Positions 19,757 to 28,369 are shown, numbered from the stretch's first letter. The stretch is DNA of 64,000 bases from Candidatus Bathyarchaeia archaeon (GCA_038727135.1 JAVYWL010000001.1:288001-352000), one strand, 5' to 3'. Notes: a model not told the origin generated them from the sequence alone. A program made the numbers and translations.

Positions 19757-19786
19757 TAGAGCCGGGGGTGGGAGTTGAACCCACAT
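19757..19786 (-). repeat. att site, distal copy (tRNA-Cys 3' duplication)
   Basis: TAGAGCCGGGGGTGGGAGTTGAACCCACAT identical to 24879-24908. Confidence 0.95.
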
Positions 19787-20428
19787 TGTCAATATTATTA
19801 TATATTGATTATTGTTTGTGTTTACATAGCCCATTTTCCTTTACCTTCTACAAATTGTATTGATATGTTTAGCCTTATAAAGACCCCCTCAAAATTTGTT
19901 TTTAACAAATGTTTACCTTAAAAGACTATGACTAATTAAAAAGAATAAGTTCCATCTTCGAAATCACAAATATTCTAAGGACCTTATAGAAGGGAACATT
20001 CACAAGCCATACAGTTAAAGAAGCATTGATATTAATAGTTCTACCTTACAAGGTTGGTCTATGCCCCATACCTAGCACACTTCCTCTAAGTAAAGGTTCA
20101 TATTTTTAGATAAATACCCTTCCAGACCTTGGTTGCCCCATAGGACTATAAAATACACATTCACACACATCCACACTCAATCATACACCAACATAAAATA
20201 AAAAAAGAACAAAACAAAACCTTAAATCAATAGCTTAAACTGAACAATCTTAAGAAAATCTACTTAGAACCTTTAAAACCTAACAATGTTACCCTCAAAC
20301 CTAAGGTTGAAGACCATAAACCAAAAAATACACACCCGCACATATTAACATTCAATCTTTACTCAACATAGAGAAATTTCATAAAAAATAAATCTTGAAA
20401 CTATCAATTATATTTGAGGGAGAAGAGG

Positions 20429-21397
20429 ATGAAGAAGATAGTTTATGGGGTATTTACGTTAATGCTATTAAGCATATTCATTTCAAATATTCAACTTGTC
20501 AAATCTGAAACCATAGAATTGGCTTACGACGACGGAGAGGCTGACCAAGGAGATGCCATGGTTGCAAATAGAACCATCGGGTGGGGAGTAGTGTTCAATC
20601 ACCCTGAAGTGGGTTCTTCATATGTCCTCCAGGGTGTTTCATTTTATATTTTCACTTTCATGGATAATTCGGCTCCTATTAGACTTTTCATTTACTTACA
20701 AAGCGAAGTTCCTTATTATTATAAAAAAGTTCTTGAACTTATAGTTGATGATTTAAAAATTGGATGGAATTACGTAAGTTTAATACAATATAGCATAGTT
20801 GTCTCTAAAAACTTCTTCATCGGTTTCAATTGGGTGCATGATAACAATCCTTACTTGGGAGTTGATGTAGATACACTATCCCATTCTGGAAGTTTCAAAA
20901 CAAGTGATGTTACGTCTTTCCAACTATATAGTGGCTTCTTCAATTATATGATCAGGGCATTCTTATCTAAAACTGGAATTTTAATTTCAACAATAAACAT
21001 TTACCCACAAAGTCTAAATCTTAGGAGTAAGGGTAAATGGATTACAGCCTACATTGAGCTTCCTGAAGGCTACAATGTGACTGACATTAATGTTACTTCT
21101 ATAATGCTCAATAACACTATTCCAGCTAAACCTAAACCTAAGGCTGTTGGAGATTATGACAATGACAGCATTCCAGACTTGATGGTTAAATTTGATAGGG
21201 CTGAAGTCATATCATATATCCTTACCAATGTTAACATTGAAGAGCTAATTGAAGAAAGATTCATGACCATAACACTGACAATAACTGGCTATTTAAATGA
21301 TGGAACACCATTCCAAGGAAGCACAAAAATAAAAATAATAATGCCAATGCCAAGATGCTGGAAGTTCATTAAAACACTGGAAATATACCCAATATAA
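20429..21397 (+). CDS. exported cell-surface protein (element cargo)
   Basis: Signal peptide MKKIVYGVFTLMLL...; ELAYDDGEAD beta-rich domain; C-terminal IYPQSLNLRSKGKWITAYIELP...GDYDNDSIPDLMVKFDR module; several N-x-S/T sequons. Confidence 0.8.
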   Translation: MKKIVYGVFTLMLLSIFISNIQLVKSETIELAYDDGEADQGDAMVANRTIGWGVVFNHPEVGSSYVLQGVSFYIFTFMDNSAPIRLFIYLQSEVPYYYKKVLELIVDDLKIGWNYVSLIQYSIVVSKNFFIGFNWVHDNNPYLGVDVDTLSHSGSFKTSDVTSFQLYSGFFNYMIRAFLSKTGILISTINIYPQSLNLRSKGKWITAYIELPEGYNVTDINVTSIMLNNTIPAKPKPKAVGDYDNDSIPDLMVKFDRAEVISYILTNVNIEELIEERFMTITLTITGYLNDGTPFQGSTKIKIIMPMPRCWKFIKTLEIYPI

Positions 21398-21497
21398 GTA
21401 TCCATTTTTTAACATCTAAATTTTAAATGTACTTCTGTTACTATAACCTTTCAGTAAACATCGCCTGTTTTAGGATTTGGGATTTGTGTCTAACTTG

Positions 21498-21710
21498 TTA
21501 ACGGCTTAGCTGTACAGTTATATAAATTGTAAGTAATTTCTCTATTTCTATGATTTCACTTGTTAAATTGTAGATTGCTTCAGCAGTGTAGTCCTTAACT
21601 TTTACAGCATAGCTGGCTAAGTCTTTAAGCTGCCTCTCCCTCTCACTTATATGCCTTCTAATCTCCTCTAAATTCCTTAAGAACTACTCCCTTTCAACTC
21701 TAAAACTCAT
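21498..21710 (-). pseudogene. 70-codon helical ORF interrupted by in-frame TAG at codon 9
   Basis: GGGTGA RBS then MSFRVERE*FLRNLEEIRRHISERERQLKDLASYAVKVKDYTAEAIYNLTSEIIEIEKLLTIYITVQLSR; TAG at 21684-21686. Confidence 0.55.
21504..21517. repeat. left arm of 14-bp inverted repeat inside the element
   Basis: GCTTAGCTGTACAG is the reverse complement of 23642-23655. Confidence 0.7.
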
Positions 21711-22204
21711 AATATCACCCTTACTCTTGTAGATGACTAGACATATAAGAAATTTAAAATGAACAATCTCAATGCTTCATGTGAAACAATTTGCAATATG
21801 ATTCCATAGGCTTTCAGTTAAACACTCCCAGCTAGGTTCTTAATTTTCAATGATAGCTTTTGAGGGTTGAAAATTGTTTACTGAAAATAACTCCAATAAC
21901 CATGCAGAACAATTCCATTATTCCAGATCTCCAATTTTCCAGCCCTAAATTACTAAATCTAAAATTATATAGCCTGTTTAATATACTTATATGCAAAATC
22001 TTCTTAGAAAGAAGTTCTATTTATTGGAAACTTGCCATAAGAAGTTTGATACCAGACATTACCCATATTAATTGCAAGCAAAAATTAAACATACTCACAT
22101 GTACATTAACATTCATTCAATTATATACTCCAACATTATAAAGTAAGTTTCCATAAAAATAAAAATTATATCTTAAACCATGGAGTAAACTATGGGGAAT
22201 TTAA

Positions 22205-22741
22205 ATGGAGAAAAAGTTGATCTTGGCACTCATCATTATGTTATTAGGATTGGTAGGAGGCTACGGATTAAACCATATAATTTACCAATCACAAATGCAA
22301 CACCTTCAAAAACAGATTCAGAGTCTACAAGAGCAATTAAATGATTTAACCAGTAAGGTGAATTCAATGGTTCCAGATTTTTTGGCAGGAAATGCAACAT
22401 TTCATGAAGTTACACATGTAATTTGGAATAAGGACGAGAATGCTACAAGTGGCAATTATGTAACCGATACATTCTTGCTAACAGGAAAGCTTTGTAGAAT
22501 AAGATGGTGGATGACAGGTGCAACTTTTGATTCCACTGTTATATTCTGGCTTTACTTTGAAAACGGCAAGAAATTCACTCACAGATGTTCTTCAGGTTTC
22601 GCTGGTTCATTTGATTCATTAATAGACCTCACCCTCACCGGATTAAAAGAACTAAATCCTACATCAAGGTATTATTTGAATATAACCATTGAATATGGTA
22701 TTGTGGTTGCATACGAAGTGTGGATTTATGACTATTACTAG
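22205..22741 (+). CDS. membrane-anchored protein with coiled coil and beta-sandwich-like domain (element cargo)
   Basis: N-terminal TM, QHLQKQIQSLQEQLNDL heptads, beta-rich aromatic C-terminus. Confidence 0.75.
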   Translation: MEKKLILALIIMLLGLVGGYGLNHIIYQSQMQHLQKQIQSLQEQLNDLTSKVNSMVPDFLAGNATFHEVTHVIWNKDENATSGNYVTDTFLLTGKLCRIRWWMTGATFDSTVIFWLYFENGKKFTHRCSSGFAGSFDSLIDLTLTGLKELNPTSRYYLNITIEYGIVVAYEVWIYDYY

Positions 22742-22881
22742 GATACGAAAGTCTCCGCTACTCTAAAAGGACAGAGAATGGGATGTGTAGGATACTGGTA
22801 TTATGCATAGTACAAAGAATTACAATAAAGCATGCTTCAATAAAATTTATATTTTAAAACCATGTATTAATTATTGAGATA

Positions 22882-23184
22882 ATGTTTGAAGAATATATGA
22901 TTCTAATGTTCATTGCAACTTTACTTATAGGTTTAGGAATGTGTTTGCTTATTTGGGTTTTTGTTAGAGCTCCTGCAATATCATTGCAATCCAAATTTAA
23001 GAAGTTGGGTGTTGTTAAGGGAAAAAGAAAAGAGGAAATAATTGCAGTTGTTGGGCCGCCAAACTCAATAAGCATGACTCCTAATGGAGAACTATTACAG
23101 TGGATTTCACCTGGTTACCATATTGCACTATTATTTGATTCAAATGGTGTTTGCCTAGGCATAACACATGAAACTGCTGTGTGA
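22882..23184 (+). CDS. small membrane-anchored protein with BamE/SmpA-like motif (element cargo)
   Basis: N-terminal TM, then GKRKEEIIAVVGPP...LLQW...LLFDSNGV. Confidence 0.65.
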   Translation: MFEEYMILMFIATLLIGLGMCLLIWVFVRAPAISLQSKFKKLGVVKGKRKEEIIAVVGPPNSISMTPNGELLQWISPGYHIALLFDSNGVCLGITHETAV

Positions 23185-23216
23185 ATTCAAAAAATACTAA
23201 CCAGATACATGATTTT

Positions 23217-23546
23217 TTATTCTTCCTTTTTCTTTTGAAGGCTGATTCCCTGTTTTTGTAGCCACTCCACAACACTATCCTTATCTTTAACTAGCAAAAT
23301 TTCATCTCCAAGAAAATTGATCCATCCTGCAGATTTTAATTCTTCAAAGTACTCATCTTGAGTTTTCCCTCTAATTCCATAATTAACAGATATTGAACCT
23401 CTAAATTCATCAAGTTTAGCTTTGCCCCCTCTTTCGTATAACTCATTGATTATGTATGCCATTCTTTGTCTTTTCTTTTTTTGGAAAGGGTCAAGTGCAC
23501 CTTCAAACCACAATAGCCCTACCCCCTTCAAATTAATACCTAACAC
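23217..23546 (-). CDS. winged-helix DNA-binding protein (element-encoded)
   Basis: IINELYERGG...YGIRGKTQDEYFEELKSAGWI-wing pattern; real start may be the TTG about 33 nt downstream of 23546. Confidence 0.6.
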   Translation of the reverse strand: MLGINLKGVGLLWFEGALDPFQKKKRQRMAYIINELYERGGKAKLDEFRGSISVNYGIRGKTQDEYFEELKSAGWINFLGDEILLVKDKDSVVEWLQKQGISLQKKKEE

Positions 23547-23641
23547 CAGTTAATATTTAAAACCTGCTGGTATTGGTGTGTAATTGCATATGTAAGGATG
23601 TGGGTGTGTTTTTCTATGTTATATAGCATTTTGTAATATGG

Positions 23642-23655
23642 CTGTACAGCTAAGC
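23642..23655. repeat. right arm of 14-bp inverted repeat inside the element
   Basis: CTGTACAGCTAAGC. Confidence 0.7.
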
Positions 23656-23991
23656 TTTAACTTTAGGTTGGACAAGAACCTTTCCTATATTCCAAATATA
23701 TCATACAAGAATAAAAGTAATTACACATGGTAAAAGACAGTTTGACCCTCCTTACTTTATTTCTTTCATTTTTGGTTTTATTCGTTTTCGGATTCAAAAC
23801 AAATATGTCAATTGGGATGATTTAGACTCCATAAGATATGAAATTAGTGCATAATGCGAGGGCTAAACTCTAATATCTGAACCATTTTAAGGCTTTATAG
23901 TGCACATGGGAATGGTCTCCAATGTGTTTTTTGCAACTTTAGTGAACTTTTCAAACAAAGAGGTTAAATCAGAAAAAGGATGGAGATTGGG

Positions 23992-24948
23992 TTACGTTAT
24001 GATTTTAGGCTTCCTAAGACAATATCCCCACTCGGTCTTAGTAACCAGTTCATAGCCTTCCATGAGATATTTTGTGAGCTCTTCTTTATCATTGGCATAT
24101 ACAACATTATATTCATTCTCTCTGATCCATTGTTTTACAATGTGCACATATTTTAATGTGTTCTGAATGTTGCAGTGTCTTGCAAATCTCTGAGTTTCCA
24201 CAATGTCTTTTGTTTTAAAATATTTCCATGATATAGCAAAATGTCTTAATGTATGGAAATGAATCTTAAGGAAGTCATTGTTACCAGTTTCTTTAGCTAA
24301 TTTCTTAACATAGTTCTTTAACCAGTCATTAATTGTTCGAGGATTCTTTAATGGGAAAACTCTATCAGACTCTTTGGGTAACTGCATTAGAAGAGTGAGT
24401 AGCTCTTCAGACATTGGATAAGTGTTGGTTCTATGCCCTTTAACTCCAGTTATTGTTAGGGTTTTATTCTGTAGGTTGACATCTTTCCATCTAAGGTTCC
24501 ACACTTCAGACTCGGTGGCTCCAGTTTCAACAGCTATCAGAACCATAGCCCTAAGCTTAATGCTCTGTATTCTATAGACCAGTTGTTTAATCATTGATGG
24601 ATTGGGAACATAAAGCTCAGAATTTTTGTAGGCTTTGAAACTGGGTTTTAGAACTTTTAGACCTTTAAACTCTGCAAATTGTTGTACTGTTATCAAGGCA
24701 TACTCCTTAGTCCCATCAGACCATTTAGAAGCTAATATTTGATGGTACATATCCTCAATAGAACCCTTTAAAGCCTTAAGTATCTTCAACTTTCTATGTA
24801 TTGTTGATTCTCTGTTACCTTTCTTGAAAAGCCACAATGCAAAGTTCAAAAGTTCACTGTTATATGTAGGTAGGACTGTAGAGCCGGGGGTGGGAGTTGA
24901 ACCCACATATAGCTGCTCTGCAGGCAGCCGCCTGAACCGTTCGGCCAC
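23992..24948 (-). CDS. int: tyrosine recombinase/integrase, frame open through the att core and tRNA-Cys
   Basis: ETGATESEVWNLRWKDV, VKGH, HTLRH, ARH...TLKY; real start uncertain (GTG in att core or a downstream TTG). Confidence 0.9.
   Translation of the reverse strand: MAERFRRLPAEQLYVGSTPTPGSTVLPTYNSELLNFALWLFKKGNRESTIHRKLKILKALKGSIEDMYHQILASKWSDGTKEYALITVQQFAEFKGLKVLKPSFKAYKNSELYVPNPSMIKQLVYRIQSIKLRAMVLIAVETGATESEVWNLRWKDVNLQNKTLTITGVKGHRTNTYPMSEELLTLLMQLPKESDRVFPLKNPRTINDWLKNYVKKLAKETGNNDFLKIHFHTLRHFAISWKYFKTKDIVETQRFARHCNIQNTLKYVHIVKQWIRENEYNVVYANDKEELTKYLMEGYELVTKTEWGYCLRKPKIIT
24879..24908 (-). repeat. att site, tRNA-proximal copy
   Basis: Identical to 19757-19786; covers T arm, 3' acceptor strand and 3 nt beyond. 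Confidence 0.95.
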
Positions 24949-24954
24949 CCCGGC
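24882..24954 (-). tRNA. tRNA-Cys (GCA), CCA not encoded, no intron
   Basis: GCCGGGG/CCCCGGC-T acceptor; GCTGC-CTGCAGA-GCAGC anticodon arm; GTGGG-TTCAACT-CCCAC T arm. Confidence 0.95.
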
Positions 24955-24994
24955 GCTTTCAAATAGAGTTTTGTCTGGTGGGTGTAATAAGGTT

Positions 24995-26071
24995 TTATCG
25001 GTTTAATCCTATTTTTTGGGCTATTTCTCTGTAGATTTCTAAGGCTTTTTCTTCATTGTCTATGTTTTTTATTAGCATGCGTCCGCCGTTAAACAGTGTT
25101 ATTTCGTAATTTTTGTATGTGAAGACTATTGCCATTGAGGATTTTACTCGTATTTTGAAGTTTTGTCTTATTTTTGTGTGGATGCTTTCAAGGTTTAGTT
25201 TGGCTGGTTTTTCTGGATTTACGTTGACCGTGTTTCTTCCGCAAAGCCAGACAAGCTTTTCCCTTGGCTTTTGGATGGCGGCTTCGCCATGGCATGCTGG
25301 GCAGTTTTCTCTTTTGTATATGTCTATTGTTGTGAAGTACATGTCGCTGAAGTCGCATATCATGAGCTTGCCCTTTAACGGTGTGCCCATCCCAGCCAAG
25401 AGTTTTATTGTCTCCATTGCTTCCATTGTTCCAATGATCCCTGGGGTGGCGCCTAAAACTCCTCTAACGTCGCATGTTAGTAGGTTGCTGTCTTCAAGGT
25501 TTGGTAATACACATTCGAGGCATGGAGTTTCTGGCGGGGCGAAAACTGAGAGGTTGCCTTCTATTCCTATGGCGGCTCCGAAAACATACGGGATTTTCAG
25601 CTTTATGCAAGCTCGATTAATAATGTAACGTGTTCGCATATTGTCCAAGCCGTCAACAACACAGTCAACATCCTTCAAGAGTTTTTCAGCGTTGTCCACG
25701 TTTAGGTTCTCTGGAACCGCCTCAACTTCAACGAAGGGATTCATCCCCATAAGCCTCTTTGCAGAAACCTCAGCTTTTGGATATCGTAAATCTTTTGGCG
25801 TGTATAGGACTTGCCTATGGAGGTTATGCGGTTCCACGGTGTCTTGATCTATTAGGCGTAGGTAGCCAACACCGGCAAGCGTCAAATAAAGCGATGCAAC
25901 TGTTCCAAGGCCGCCGAGCCCAACAACAGCAACCTTCGCCTTAGCAAGTTTCTCTTGTCCCTCACATCCAAGCTCTTTCATAACGAGCTGGCGGCTGTAA
26001 AACTCGCCATAAGAAATGGAGGGCTTCCGTGTTTTCGGCATTCCAAACCTTCCTTTAGTGGTGATACGCAT
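24995..26071 (-). CDS. ThiF/MoeB/UbaA family adenylyltransferase with C-terminal extension
   Basis: YSRQ, VVGLGGLG, NLHRQ, DGLDN, PCLEC, CPAC, LCGRNTV. Confidence 0.9.
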   Translation of the reverse strand: MRITTKGRFGMPKTRKPSISYGEFYSRQLVMKELGCEGQEKLAKAKVAVVGLGGLGTVASLYLTLAGVGYLRLIDQDTVEPHNLHRQVLYTPKDLRYPKAEVSAKRLMGMNPFVEVEAVPENLNVDNAEKLLKDVDCVVDGLDNMRTRYIINRACIKLKIPYVFGAAIGIEGNLSVFAPPETPCLECVLPNLEDSNLLTCDVRGVLGATPGIIGTMEAMETIKLLAGMGTPLKGKLMICDFSDMYFTTIDIYKRENCPACHGEAAIQKPREKLVWLCGRNTVNVNPEKPAKLNLESIHTKIRQNFKIRVKSSMAIVFTYKNYEITLFNGGRMLIKNIDNEEKALEIYREIAQKIGLNR

Positions 26072-27775
26072 TTAAATGCTGTTCTGCACCCTTATATTAC
26101 CCTTTTTCAAAAACTGCTTTTGGTAGATTTCCCTAACCCTTTGTATAGTGTCAGCCTCCTCCGGAGTTTTATCGTCCCTTACGCGGGTTATCCGTGCAAA
26201 CCGCAATGCCATGCCGCACTTGTATTTTGGACTTTTCTGGATTTCGTTGTAGGCTACCTCCACAACAATTTTTGGAGTAACATAGACTCTGCGGTATTCC
26301 TCTTTTATGGCTAGCTCTTTTAGGCGCTTAGTCATCTCGATAATTTCGGAGTCCGTTAGTCCCTTGAAGGTTTTGCCAACAACCAAAAATTCACCAGTTT
26401 CAGCGTCGCGAGCTGCCAAGTAATAGTCCGAAAGCCACTCGTGTCTCCGCCCATAGCCGTATTCCGCGGCAACAATAACCAAGTCTAATGGTTCAAGAGT
26501 TGGCTTTATTTTTAACCAGTGTTTTCCGCGGATTCCTGGTGTATATTCGCTGTTTAGCCTCTTAGCCATAAGCCCCTCATGTCCACAGTCAACAGCTTCC
26601 CTAAGAAAACGCTCGGCTTCTTCAACGCTATCTGTAATTAACTGTTTTGTTAACGGTATCTCACCAGCACTGTCCGCCAAAATTTGTCTTCGCTGAAGAT
26701 AAGGCAACGAAATTAGGCTTTTGTCATCCAAGTATAGGATGTCGAAGAGGTAAAGCTTAACAGGAATCGTTTCAGCCACGTCCTCAATTTCATGAACTCT
26801 TTTAAATCTGCGCATAAGATGCTGGAAAGGAACGGGATATCCCTTATCGTCGATGGCTATCACCTCGCCTTCCATGATGACTTCACGGGCTTTAACCTTC
26901 TTTCTCACCATATCAGCTATTTCTGGCAAACTTTTAGTGACATCTGTCAATCTACGGCTGAAAATTCGCACATCATCGCCGCATTTATGAATTTGGACCC
27001 TGGCACCGTCAAGTTTATACTCAAAGGCGGTTTTTCCGCCGTGCTCTTTAATTGCCTCAGCCACATCATTAGCCATCTGAGCCAACATAAGCTTGACAGG
27101 CTTAAAAATTTGAAAGCCAATTTTTGAAAGAGCCTCTCTACCCTCAGCCTTAATTAACGCTGCTACAGTGCCAATATCTCCAAGCACCATCCCCGCTCTT
27201 TTAACAGTTTCAAACGGTATCTGAAAAGCCCTTGAAATAGCCTGCTCCATTAATCCTTCATGGAAGCCCGTTCGCATCTCGCCGATGAAAATTTTAACCA
27301 GATACTTCGCCTCAAGCGGGGAAGCCGAGCTTAGCAAAGCCTCGATGAGGCGCTCCTTTTTCTCTCTAGCGCCATGCCCAGCAGTTTCAGCTATGGCCTC
27401 AAAACTTCGCCTAACCTCCAATATCGTCAGAGGCTTTTCAAAAAGCACAGCCTGCCGCTTAATTTTGCAACTTTCAAAAACAACCTTCGCCGCCGAACCT
27501 ACATCTCCAGTCTGGTTAAAGGCTTCCAGAAAAATCCTCCAATCAACTCCAGTGATACGCCTAATAATCTCGCTTAAAGTAGCCCAACTAACATCAAGAG
27601 TTTGCTGACTCCACTTTGGAAAAGGTCTGCCCAAAATCATCGAAACTGCCGGCTCAACTTCGTCCGGCTCAAGGCTCTTTAAGAAATCCGCTACAAGGTT
27701 TACGGCTGGAACCCGCCTGCTCATTCCCTCCAGTTTTTCACATAACTCTGCTAAAGCCTTAAACAGCGTCGGCAT
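26072..27775 (-). CDS. lig: ATP-dependent DNA ligase
   Basis: EYKLDGARVQIH, EGLMAK, WLKIK, ALRFARITRVRDDK. Confidence 0.96.
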   Translation of the reverse strand: MPTLFKALAELCEKLEGMSRRVPAVNLVADFLKSLEPDEVEPAVSMILGRPFPKWSQQTLDVSWATLSEIIRRITGVDWRIFLEAFNQTGDVGSAAKVVFESCKIKRQAVLFEKPLTILEVRRSFEAIAETAGHGAREKKERLIEALLSSASPLEAKYLVKIFIGEMRTGFHEGLMEQAISRAFQIPFETVKRAGMVLGDIGTVAALIKAEGREALSKIGFQIFKPVKLMLAQMANDVAEAIKEHGGKTAFEYKLDGARVQIHKCGDDVRIFSRRLTDVTKSLPEIADMVRKKVKAREVIMEGEVIAIDDKGYPVPFQHLMRRFKRVHEIEDVAETIPVKLYLFDILYLDDKSLISLPYLQRRQILADSAGEIPLTKQLITDSVEEAERFLREAVDCGHEGLMAKRLNSEYTPGIRGKHWLKIKPTLEPLDLVIVAAEYGYGRRHEWLSDYYLAARDAETGEFLVVGKTFKGLTDSEIIEMTKRLKELAIKEEYRRVYVTPKIVVEVAYNEIQKSPKYKCGMALRFARITRVRDDKTPEEADTIQRVREIYQKQFLKKGNIRVQNSI

Positions 27776-27873
27776 AATAACACACTTTATTTACTATCAT
27801 GCTAAAAGACACAGCGGAAACTAAAATCGTTTATTTTAGCAAGACGAAATAAAAAGGGAGAATGCGAACGCTT

Positions 27874-28248
27874 TTAGAAAGACTCTTCAAGCTTTGCTTT
27901 AACTTCTTTAATCTTTTTCTCAGTCTCCGAAGCCTTCTCGTTTTCGCCTAAAGCCCTATAACAGTCTCTGGCATATTCTAAGGCGCTAACACCAAACCTG
28001 TCAAAGCCCTTTTGGAAGGAAAGCTCCGCAGACTTCAGAAAGTATTCGACAGCGCCAGCATAATCATTCAACATGAAGGCACACTCGCCAGCCTTAAAAA
28101 GAGCATACGTCGCATCAAAGAAATTGTTCTTCCCCTTGTAAAGCTCAGAAGCCCTCAGAAACTTCTCCCTAGCCTCCCCATACTTGCCCATCTCGTAAAG
28201 TGTATTCCCATCCTTATGCAATTTTACAGGGTCTTCCTCTTCCGCCAT
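27874..28248 (-). CDS. small TPR / alpha-SNAP-like helical repeat protein
   Basis: GKYGEAREKFLRASELY...AGECAF...YAGAVEYFLKSAEL repeat pattern. Confidence 0.7.
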   Translation of the reverse strand: MAEEEDPVKLHKDGNTLYEMGKYGEAREKFLRASELYKGKNNFFDATYALFKAGECAFMLNDYAGAVEYFLKSAELSFQKGFDRFGVSALEYARDCYRALGENEKASETEKKIKEVKAKLEESF

Positions 28249-28369
28249 AAACTATCAACCCAACAATTGTTAACACCATTTACAAACACACAATTTAGGT
28301 TTTCCCCCACTTTCGTGAAAACTTTGACTACATAACTAACAAAATGAAGCTTCAACATCATTCAAAGAA

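Larger units (their letters stand above)
19757..24908. mobile_element. ~5.1-kb integrative element inserted in the 3' end of tRNA-Cys
   Basis: Exact 30-bp direct repeats at both ends, tyrosine recombinase adjoining the tRNA, abrupt shift to AT-rich sequence with low coding density. Confidence 0.92.

Noticed and set aside
19787-19860. SSV1-type int(N) fragment at the distal att site
   Set aside because: In-frame TAA 9 codons upstream of the core GTG; no N-terminal integrase fragment present
21860-22141. 93-aa plus-strand ORF inside the element
   Set aside because: TTG start without a clear RBS, composition typical of AT-rich non-coding DNA, no recognisable features
23941-24858. 11-bp inverted repeat AGTGAACTTTT / AAAAGTTCACT around the integrase
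   Set aside because: Short and AT-rich, one arm lies in coding sequence; expected by chance in 5 kb
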